A stretch of DNA of 64,000 nt from an uncultured Aminicenantes bacterium. GTDB lineage: Bacteria > Acidobacteriota > Aminicenantia > UBA2199. The stretch lies in NCBI GenBank assembly GCA_965195285.1, contig CBDAFS010000007.1, positions 1 to 64,000 of the forward strand. The letters run 5' to 3'. Of this stretch, positions 30,612-38,402 are shown piece by piece (within the stretch, counting starts at the first letter, position 1; each line of letters begins with the position of its first letter). The translations under genes and the position numbers were made by a program. The notes beneath the pieces are model-generated. The model worked only from the letters and a program-made list of their open reading frames with translations, was not told the DNA's origin and did no database searches.

Positions 30612-31454
30612 CTACTCCTTGAAAATCAATTTATATATCCTTTCAAACTCATCAAGCTTATTGAAATGAATCTCAATTTTTCCTTTTCCGCTTTTCGAAT
30701 AGATTAATTTTACCTTGGTTGAAAAAAAACGGGTAAATTTATTTTCAATTTTCTGTTGATCCGGATCTTCAACCCTAGCCGATTTGCTTTTGGCTTTATA
30801 GAAAGCTTTAACCAAAGCTTCAGTTTGTCTGACAGAAAGCTTTTGATCTAGAATTTTTAAAAATGCCTGCATCATATCATCCTGACCGTTCAGAGAAAGC
30901 AAGGGCCTGGCATGACCGGGAGATAAATCACCGGTTACAATTCCCTTTTTGATAGCCTCAGGCAATTTTAATAAACGCAAATAATTGGTTAAGGTAACGC
31001 GTTTCATTCCCAATTTTTCAGATGCACTTTCCTGATTGAAATCGTTCTTTTTCATCAGCAATTCAATACCTTCGGCAATTTCAATTGCATTCAGATTTTC
31101 CCTCTGAATATTCTCAACCAGGGTACCAACCATTATCTCATCAATGGTTAAGTCTTTAACCAGCGCAGGGATTGTTGACCATTTTAAATATTGGGCCGCT
31201 CTCCATCGACGTTCTCCAACCAGAAGATAATATTTGTCTTCCTTTCTATAAACCACAATGGGCTGAATCATTCCCGCTTCTTCTATTGAGTTGGCAAGCT
31301 CTTTTATTTTTACCGGGTTAAAATCCTTTCGGGGCTGAAAGGGATTGGGATAAATATCTTCAATATTGATTTCAGATAGGGTTTTTTCTGAAGTTTCTGG
31401 TGATCGGTTGGAGATAATAGCCTCAATTCCCTTTCCCAAAACTTTTCTTTTCAT
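30612..31454 (-). CDS. parB: Chromosome partitioning protein ParB
   Basis: LGKGI, NPFQPRK.F, GERRWRA, VENIQRENLN, HTH, GHAR.LL. Confidence 0.96.
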   Translation of the reverse strand: MKRKVLGKGIEAIISNRSPETSEKTLSEINIEDIYPNPFQPRKDFNPVKIKELANSIEEAGMIQPIVVYRKEDKYYLLVGERRWRAAQYLKWSTIPALVKDLTIDEIMVGTLVENIQRENLNAIEIAEGIELLMKKNDFNQESASEKLGMKRVTLTNYLRLLKLPEAIKKGIVTGDLSPGHARPLLSLNGQDDMMQAFLKILDQKLSVRQTEALVKAFYKAKSKSARVEDPDQQKIENKFTRFFSTKVKLIYSKSGKGKIEIHFNKLDEFERIYKLIFKE

Positions 31455-32236
31455 CGAATCATCATCTCCTTTGCCAAGGTCATATAGGCCCTTGAACCTG
31501 CCGATTTAACATCATACAACTGAATTGGTTTCCCGAAACTTGGAGCTTCGGAAATTCTTACATTTCGGGGAATAATCGATTTATAAACTTTCGATTTAAA
31601 AAAACCCCGTATCTCTTCGCCAACCTGTTTGGACAAATTGGTCCTTTCATCAAACATGGTCAATAGAATACCCTTGATCTTCAATTGAGAATTAAAGTTT
31701 TCCCGGATTCTCTTGATTGTATTCATCAAATCAGATAGGCCCTCCAATGCATAATACTCAGTTTGAATGGGAATCAAAACACTATCCGAGGCGGTCAGGG
31801 CATTTATGGTAAGCAGTCCCAGAGATGGTGGAGAATCGATAATAATATAATCAAAGCGATTGGCAATCTTTTCTAAATTACTTTTTAAATAAAGATGGTT
31901 GTCATCTTCAGATATCAATTCCAGTTCAAATCGGGCAAGATTCCTTGAAGACGGGATCAATTTCATAAATTGAAGGCCACAAGCCAGTACAACATCTTCA
32001 ATACGATTTTTTCCAATCAGAAGCGAATAGATGTCTTTTTCGATCCCATGCTTGTCAAATCCCAGGCCCGTGGTTGAATTGGCCTGGGGATCAAGATCCA
32101 CCAACAGAACATTTTTCTCGGCAATGGCAAACGCTGCAGCCAAATTAATGGCGGTCGTGGTTTTTCCGACTCCGCCTTTTTGATTGGCAATGGCAATAAT
32201 TTCGCAATTTCTTTCATTATGTTTCACGTGAAACAT
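31451..32236 (-). CDS. parA: Chromosome partitioning ATPase ParA/Soj
   Basis: NQKGGVGKTTT, DLDPQAN, IDSPPSLG, EYYALEG, IPRNVR.SEAPSFG. Start is ATG 32236 or, better spaced from GGAG, GTG 32227. Confidence 0.96.
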   Translation of the reverse strand: MFHVKHNERNCEIIAIANQKGGVGKTTTAINLAAAFAIAEKNVLLVDLDPQANSTTGLGFDKHGIEKDIYSLLIGKNRIEDVVLACGLQFMKLIPSSRNLARFELELISEDDNHLYLKSNLEKIANRFDYIIIDSPPSLGLLTINALTASDSVLIPIQTEYYALEGLSDLMNTIKRIRENFNSQLKIKGILLTMFDERTNLSKQVGEEIRGFFKSKVYKSIIPRNVRISEAPSFGKPIQLYDVKSAGSRAYMTLAKEMMIR

Positions 32237-32834
32237 TCTCCATTTTGTAAATGACTATGTTATCCCTAAAAGGTATATTATAAGTTTTTTGTTTTATACT
32301 TTCCATACCTTTTTTTATTTTTATCATTTTTCTCTTGGCGGTAATTACCAGAATCTCTCTAACAATTCCTTTCTGTAAATACCGCAGTATTATGTCAAGT
32401 CGAGGGAATCCTCTGGTTATCAGGGAAAAGTTTTTCGAAGGCGTTTTTCTTAAATAATCCTCAATCGGCCCTTCATAAATTTCAATATTATCCAGTGACA
32501 TTTGACTTTTCAATTTACGAAGAAAGGCAACTTTCTTCTTTTTGGTTTCCACTAAAACAACCGGACGTTTTATATTTAAAATCGCTAATGGTACTCCCAG
32601 CAGTCCATTTCCACTGCCAGCATCAATGATTCCCGGCTTTGAAACCAATGGTCCGATAAAGAGCGTTTCCTGTATCAAACAGAGAAGGTTGTCCCGGGTC
32701 ATCTTCCTGGATATCAAATTGGTTTCTTTATTGGATTTCATTAAAAAATGCATATATTCCTCTATGAATTTCTCCTTTTTTTTATCCAATTGGATATCAT
32801 GAGTAACCATTCTGCTGATTGTCATATCATTCAT
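32217..32834 (-). CDS. rsmG: 16S rRNA m7G527 methyltransferase RsmG (GidB)
   Basis: N...NLIS, DAGSGNGLLGVPLAI, LVE..KKKVAFL; immediately upstream of parA. Start uncertain (32834 vs 32894). Confidence 0.85.
   Translation of the reverse strand: MNDMTISRMVTHDIQLDKKKEKFIEEYMHFLMKSNKETNLISRKMTRDNLLCLIQETLFIGPLVSKPGIIDAGSGNGLLGVPLAILNIKRPVVLVETKKKKVAFLRKLKSQMSLDNIEIYEGPIEDYLRKTPSKNFSLITRGFPRLDIILRYLQKGIVREILVITAKRKMIKIKKGMESIKQKTYNIPFRDNIVIYKMENVSRET
32220..32235. promoter_or_regulatory. parS centromere site (ParB binding)
   Basis: Perfect 16-bp palindrome TGTTTCACGTGAAACA, the canonical parS consensus, at the parAB locus near oriC. Confidence 0.93.
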
Positions 32835-32915
32835 TTCCAATTGGAGGGTGTGAATTAAAAAATCAATTATATCATAGCACCGGATTCTAACCAACTATAA
32901 TGAAAAACAGGAATC

Positions 32916-32942
32916 TGTAATTGTTAATCATTAACAATTACA
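32916..32942. repeat. Perfect 27-bp AT-rich palindrome (13-bp arms, 1-nt centre)
   Basis: TGTAATTGTTAAT-C-ATTAACAATTACA. Confidence 0.85.
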
Positions 32943-33131
32943 CTATCTTTTTCTGCTCTGTACAAATACATAATATGCAGCGGAAAGCAACCATACTGTT
33001 AGAACCAGAGGAGAATAAGTAACGAAATCAATAATTAAAAAGTAAGGGGATATTATTATTATCAGAATCAGTATTATCGCTACCATCCTGATCGAAAAGC
33101 GTTTTATTGATTCGGGTAATCTAATGGCCAT
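32943..33131 (-). CDS. Small two-TM membrane protein
   Basis: MAIRLPES...; two hydrophobic segments and a basic C-terminus; start ATG 33131 or TTG 33167. Confidence 0.5.
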   Translation of the reverse strand: MAIRLPESIKRFSIRMVAIILILIIIISPYFLIIDFVTYSPLVLTVWLLSAAYYVFVQSRKR

Positions 33132-33185
33132 ATTTTTCTTTATTGCTGGAACCCAATCAATGAACAATCCAATATTGTTAAAAGC

Positions 33186-34565
33186 TTAGAAATTGAAATA
33201 CTGTTCGAACTCTTTGGGGTGGGGAACATGTGAAATTTCTTTAATCTCATTCAGCTTGATATCAATCCAACGAGAAATAATCTGATCAGTAAACACATCA
33301 TCTGCCTTTAAATATCCATTATCCTTCTTCAATCCTTCCAACGCTTCATTCAGATCTTCCGGCAACATTTTAATTTTCTTTTTTAATGCTTTGGTCTTAG
33401 GAATGCCGGAATCGAAAGGTCCGAAATAATATTCATCGGGATCCAAATTCTTTCTAATTCCATCAATACCTGCCATCAGCATTGCTGAAAGAGCAAGGTA
33501 TGGATTGGATGACGCGTCACTGGCCCTGTATTCCAATCGGGTTTGCTCAGGCCGGGAATAAGTGGGAATTCGAATCGATGCGTTTCGATTTGACTGTCCA
33601 AATATCGCTGCAACCGGAGCCTCATAACCTCGCACCAGCCTTTTGTATGAATTAGTGGATGGATTGGCAAAAGCGGATAGGGAAGCGGAATGAAACAATA
33701 AACCAGTTAAATAATTTATTCCTTTCTTCGAAAATTTGGCATATCGAGCACCATCAAAGAAAAGATTTTTTTGCCCTTTTAAAACATATTGATGAATATG
33801 CCAGCCATTTCCTGCATTTCCGAAAAACGGTTTGGGCATAAAAGTAACAAAAAGTTCATGCTTCCTGGCCAAATTAAACAGGACATATTTTATTTTTACG
33901 GCATCATCCGCTGATTTTAATAACGTATCGAAATTGGTTTCAATTTCATGCTGATTTACCGCAACTTCATGATGGTGATATTTCACTTTTATCCCTATAT
34001 CATTAAGGATTGAGGTGGCTTCGTTTTTAAAATCAATATATGGGTCGTCTGGTGCTGGGGAATGATAAAAATTTTTCTTCTCTTCTGTTTCCTTTTCGAT
34101 ATAATAGAAGCATTCATTTTCTTCAACCCCGTATTCTGCATTTTTAAAAATAAAAAATTCGTATTCCGGAGCCATCATAATCATTGAACCGATTTTTGAT
34201 TCGGTTAGGCTTTTTTCCGCCTTCTTTGCCACAAAACGAACATCCTGAGAAAATCTGGATTTCTCACTGTTTGTTAAATAAATATTGGCCATAAAAACAG
34301 CAGTCTTTTTTTGAGAGAATGGATCCATAAACATAGAATCCAGATCCGGTATCATTATCATATCGCTTCTTTCAGTTTTGGCAAATCCATATGAAGAAGC
34401 ATCAAACCCAACTCCATGATCCATTAACTCTTCATTAAACATATAAACCGGGAGTGTCAATGAATGTAATTTTCCTTTTAAGTCCAGGGTATTTAAGCTG
34501 ATAAATTCAACTTTGTGATCAACACATTTCTTTTTGATAGTATTAAATTTTGATTTTTGCTGCAT
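33186..34565 (-). CDS. glnA: Glutamine synthetase type I
   Basis: GFDASS, APEYEFF, HHHEVA, TFMPKP..GNAGNGWH, NSYKRLV.GYEAP, NRNASIRIP, RLEYR..D...NPYL. Confidence 0.96.
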   Translation of the reverse strand: MQQKSKFNTIKKKCVDHKVEFISLNTLDLKGKLHSLTLPVYMFNEELMDHGVGFDASSYGFAKTERSDMIMIPDLDSMFMDPFSQKKTAVFMANIYLTNSEKSRFSQDVRFVAKKAEKSLTESKIGSMIMMAPEYEFFIFKNAEYGVEENECFYYIEKETEEKKNFYHSPAPDDPYIDFKNEATSILNDIGIKVKYHHHEVAVNQHEIETNFDTLLKSADDAVKIKYVLFNLARKHELFVTFMPKPFFGNAGNGWHIHQYVLKGQKNLFFDGARYAKFSKKGINYLTGLLFHSASLSAFANPSTNSYKRLVRGYEAPVAAIFGQSNRNASIRIPTYSRPEQTRLEYRASDASSNPYLALSAMLMAGIDGIRKNLDPDEYYFGPFDSGIPKTKALKKKIKMLPEDLNEALEGLKKDNGYLKADDVFTDQIISRWIDIKLNEIKEISHVPHPKEFEQYFNF

Positions 34566-34711
34566 TCCTCAATATAATATAAAAAAAATTTTTGTCAAGT
34601 CTTGACATCACATTCGGCTTTACTATATCATAATGAATATACAACATTTGGCGGGGAATAAGATGATTAGATTTCCACAAGTGTTAATAATTTTGTGAAA
34701 AAGTAGCTAAC
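34566..34711. promoter_or_regulatory. Divergent glnA/dnaA promoter region with degenerate DnaA boxes (possible oriC part 1)
   Basis: Back-to-back TTGACA in TGTCAAG-T-CTTGACA (34593-34607); DnaA-box-like ATTTCCACA 34671-34679, TGTTAATAA 34682-34690 and TGTGAAAAA 34694-34702. Confidence 0.6.
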
Positions 34712-36058
34712 ATGGATTATTTTGAATTAACCAAAAATTATCTAAAGAAAATACTGGACAAGCCCACCTATGACAATTGGATTAAACCGTTGACTTATAT
34801 TGGTTTTCATAAAAATGTGGTTTTTGTTGGTTCACCAGATAAGAAAAAAACCAGCTGGTTAAAAAAAAATCTGTTAAATAAAATTAATGATCACACCAAA
34901 AAGGAATTTAAATTCACCCTAAAATTGGTTCCTCTTTATGATGAAGAGGATATGGTTTTACCCGAGGATAACAAAAGGGGAAATGTTCTGCACCATCGAT
35001 CCAACCTGCAAAACAAGTATACTTTTAGCAGTTTTGTTCAACTTGACCCAAACCGAATGGCCTATTCATTTGCCTATAGTGTATCCGAATTCCCAGGAAA
35101 ATCTTATAACCCACTGTATATATACAGTGATGTAGGGCTCGGAAAAACCCACCTGATGTATGCTATTGGAAACCGGATTGTAGAAAACAACCAAAAAATG
35201 AGGGTAATTTATCTAACCACTAGTGATCTTATGAATGAATATGTAGAATATACCCGCCTGAACAAGAGATCAGAGTTTATAAATAAATACACATCCGTAG
35301 ATGTTTTACTTATTGATGACATTCAATATATAACCAAATGGGGCGGAACCAGCGAACAATTTTACTATATTTTCAATAAATTAATCCAATTGGAAAAACA
35401 AATTGTAATCTGCTCAGATAAACACCCGGATAACATTCCAGATTTGGAAAAAAGGATAAAATCAAGATTTGAATGGGGAGGTATTGTGGATATCCTTCCA
35501 TATGATCTTGAAGGTAGAATTGCCATACTCAAAAAGAAAATATTAGAAGTGTCCCGAAATAAAAGCCTCACCAAAAAACAATTTGAAATCTCCAATGAGG
35601 TGGTTTATTTTCTGGCATCTTCCATAAAGGATAATATCCGGAAACTTGAAGGGGCTTTGAATCGATTAATCGGATATGCGGATTTAAAATATTCGGATAT
35701 GAATGGAAATGAAATCACATTATCGTTCGCCAAAGAAGCATTAAAACCCTATATTTCATTAAAAAAGAAAACCATAACCATCGATGGTATTCAAGAATTT
35801 ATTGCTAAAAAATATAATATTAAGGTTGGGGAGCTCAAATCAAAAAATAATCGACCCAAAATTACTCTTCCCCGCCAAATTGCAATGTATATTTGCAAAA
35901 AATTAACCAAAAATCCCCTAACAGAGATTGGAAGTAAATTTGGAGGAAAACATCACACAACTGTTCTTCATTCAATAAAGAAAATTGAAAATGAAATCGA
36001 AAGCAATGAAGATTTTTCCAAACAAATCAACTCATTCATTAACTTCTTTCAAGATTAA
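34712..36058 (+). CDS. dnaA: Chromosomal replication initiator DnaA
   Basis: KYTFSSFV, YNPLYIY..VGLGKTHL, LLIDDIQ, SRFEWG, NIR.LEGAL, PRQIAMY, HTTVLHS. Confidence 0.97.
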   Translation: MDYFELTKNYLKKILDKPTYDNWIKPLTYIGFHKNVVFVGSPDKKKTSWLKKNLLNKINDHTKKEFKFTLKLVPLYDEEDMVLPEDNKRGNVLHHRSNLQNKYTFSSFVQLDPNRMAYSFAYSVSEFPGKSYNPLYIYSDVGLGKTHLMYAIGNRIVENNQKMRVIYLTTSDLMNEYVEYTRLNKRSEFINKYTSVDVLLIDDIQYITKWGGTSEQFYYIFNKLIQLEKQIVICSDKHPDNIPDLEKRIKSRFEWGGIVDILPYDLEGRIAILKKKILEVSRNKSLTKKQFEISNEVVYFLASSIKDNIRKLEGALNRLIGYADLKYSDMNGNEITLSFAKEALKPYISLKKKTITIDGIQEFIAKKYNIKVGELKSKNNRPKITLPRQIAMYICKKLTKNPLTEIGSKFGGKHHTTVLHSIKKIENEIESNEDFSKQINSFINFFQD

Positions 36059-36254
36059 TTATTACATTGTTATAAATATTTTTATCACAAATAATAAATT
36101 TTCAACAGGTAATTCAGAATGAATAACAGGTACTTTAAAGTAAGAAAACAAATTTTCCACTTTTACACAATATATTTCTTTTTTTTATATATATATTATG
36201 ATATTATTATTAATATTAATAGAGGTAGAAAAAAATGAAAATTTTTGTGGATAA
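36059..36254. other. Probable replication origin oriC (dnaA-dnaN intergenic region)
   Basis: DnaA-box-like TTTATCACA 36081, TTTTCAACA 36099, TTTTCCACT 36153 and TTTTACACA 36161; AT-only tract with trinucleotide TAT/TAA runs at about 36180-36221 (DUE/DnaA-trio-like); perfect TGTGGATAA 36246-36254. Gene strand bias flips at dnaA. Confidence 0.75.
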
Positions 36255-37338
36255 ATCAAAGTTTGCAAATGAATTGAGGTTATTTCAAGGTGTTTTTGAG
36301 AAAAAAACCCTCATGGATATTCTACAAAATATCATGTTGACCGCAACTGAAAACAACCTGCTGGAAATGGTTGCTACCGATCTTGAGATTGGTTTGTCAT
36401 CCAGTTTTCAAGTTGATGTAAAAGAACCAGGTACTTTTACGGTAAATGGAAAAGATTTTTATGATTTAATGTCAAAAATGCCTGAAGGGATTGTGGAAAT
36501 TTCAGAGAACAATGATTTACAGATTAATATAAGCAATGAAACCAAGACCAGTAAATACAAATTGTTGGGACTTCAATCATCAGATTATCCACAATTGCCG
36601 ATTTCAGATTTTTCCTCTTCGATCAAAATCTCAATGGAAAAATTAAATTCAATGATTCAAAAGAATTATTACATTATCTCTCCTGAAATGAAATTTAACC
36701 TGGGTGGAGCATTAATGAACATCAATGAAGATATTCTGGAAATGGCGGCTACAGACGGTCACCGTTTATCGTATACCCATTATAAAAACAAATCACCTAT
36801 CTCAGAACCCGTGGGGTTCATTATTTCCAGAAAAACCCTTCTTGAATTGTTAAAAATAGGAGAAAAAGGTGAACTGGATTTTAGTTATGACAAAAATAAT
36901 TTATTTTTTAAATATCAGAATCGAATTCTTTCTTCCCGTATAATTGATCAAAAGTTTCCCAATTATAAAGCTGTAATTCCTGAAAAGACTGAATACCAAG
37001 CCATTATTAATGTTGAAGAGTTACTGAATACGCTTCGTCGTGTTTTGATTTTTAAAACCAGAAACAACGGAGTAGCGTTTAAATTTACTGATCAGAAATT
37101 AATCCTCGAGAGAACTACACCTGAAAAAGGTGAGGCTCATGAGGAATTAATATTTGACTATGATGGTAAACCTTTAGAAGTTGCTTTTAATGGAAATTTT
37201 ATTATTGATTTCCTAACCCACATTGATTCAAAAGATATTCAGATTGGTGTGAATGATAGTGATAGCTCATTTATATTCAAACCAAAAAAGGAAAGCGATA
37301 TTAATTTTATTTATGTTGTAATGCCACTCAATATCTAA
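36235..37338 (+). CDS. dnaN: DNA polymerase III beta clamp
   Basis: ATDLEI, ATDGHRL, SRIID.KFPNY..VIP, AFN..F..D, YVVMPL; follows dnaA. Confidence 0.96.
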   Translation: MKIFVDKSKFANELRLFQGVFEKKTLMDILQNIMLTATENNLLEMVATDLEIGLSSSFQVDVKEPGTFTVNGKDFYDLMSKMPEGIVEISENNDLQINISNETKTSKYKLLGLQSSDYPQLPISDFSSSIKISMEKLNSMIQKNYYIISPEMKFNLGGALMNINEDILEMAATDGHRLSYTHYKNKSPISEPVGFIISRKTLLELLKIGEKGELDFSYDKNNLFFKYQNRILSSRIIDQKFPNYKAVIPEKTEYQAIINVEELLNTLRRVLIFKTRNNGVAFKFTDQKLILERTTPEKGEAHEELIFDYDGKPLEVAFNGNFIIDFLTHIDSKDIQIGVNDSDSSFIFKPKKESDINFIYVVMPLNI

Positions 37339-37343
37339 ACCGC

Positions 37344-38402
37344 TTGATTATACAGAAATTAGAACTAAAGGGCTTTAGAAATCTAACAAGCCTTGATATT
37401 TCTTTATCATCCCAGAAAAATTTAATATATGGATTGAATGGCGCGGGAAAAACCTCAATATTGGAAGCAATATTTATTCTGGGGTTTGGAAAGTCTTTTT
37501 TAAAAGTAAAAAAGTCAGAATTGGTTAATTTTGATATGAATGCTTTTTTTTTAAAAATGGGTGTTTTAAAAGGGAGTATTGAAACAGAGCTGATTGCTTC
37601 GTTCAAAAAGAATGGATTTTATTTGTTTTTAAATAAAAAAAGCTCGAACGTGGTTGAATTGAGTAAGTATTTTTATCCGGTATTTTTTTCATCCTCCAAT
37701 TATAACCGGACAATTGACAGTGTTACTGAAATGCGTAAAATGATTAATCGATTTATATTTGGTGTTCATTCACTTTACATACACTACATTTTGAGTTATA
37801 ATAAAATTTTAAAACAAAAAAATTATTTACTAAAAACCACAAAAAATGTCCTGGAACTCAATAGTTGGAACCATGCGATCAGTGAAATGAGTTCGAAAAT
37901 TGTTGACACCCGAATGCACTTCATAAACAAATTGAATCATGAAATCGAAAATAAATTCGGAAATCATCTGACAATCCTATATAAACCATCGCTTGATACA
38001 AATAAAGGCATTTCAGATGATATTTTTTACCAGCAATTGGAAAAAACAAGGAGCCTGGAAATTAAAAACCAAAAATCTATGATTGGACCACACCTGGATG
38101 ATTTCGAATTTTACTTTAAATCAATAAATATTAAATTTTATTCTTCCGGAGAAAGAAAACTCCATTTATTAATGATTTATATTGCTTTTATAGAACTTTT
38201 TAAAAAGACAAAAAACCAGTATCCTGTTTTCTTGATTGATGACTTTGATACAACTTTCGATAATCAAAATCTTGATTTTTTATTGGATAATTGTCCGGAT
38301 ATCCAGGTTGTTGCCACTTCAGTTCATAAATTTAATAGTTTTGATAACTTAATTGAATTAAAATGCGGGGACAAAAATCTCAATAGAGTAAAAAATGGCT
38401 GA
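37344..38402 (+). CDS. recF: DNA replication/repair protein RecF
   Basis: GFRN, GLNGAGKTSILEAI, GPHLDD, SSGE, PVFLIDD; between dnaN and gyrB; TTG start. Confidence 0.9.
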   Translation: MIIQKLELKGFRNLTSLDISLSSQKNLIYGLNGAGKTSILEAIFILGFGKSFLKVKKSELVNFDMNAFFLKMGVLKGSIETELIASFKKNGFYLFLNKKSSNVVELSKYFYPVFFSSSNYNRTIDSVTEMRKMINRFIFGVHSLYIHYILSYNKILKQKNYLLKTTKNVLELNSWNHAISEMSSKIVDTRMHFINKLNHEIENKFGNHLTILYKPSLDTNKGISDDIFYQQLEKTRSLEIKNQKSMIGPHLDDFEFYFKSINIKFYSSGERKLHLLMIYIAFIELFKKTKNQYPVFLIDDFDTTFDNQNLDFLLDNCPDIQVVATSVHKFNSFDNLIELKCGDKNLNRVKNG

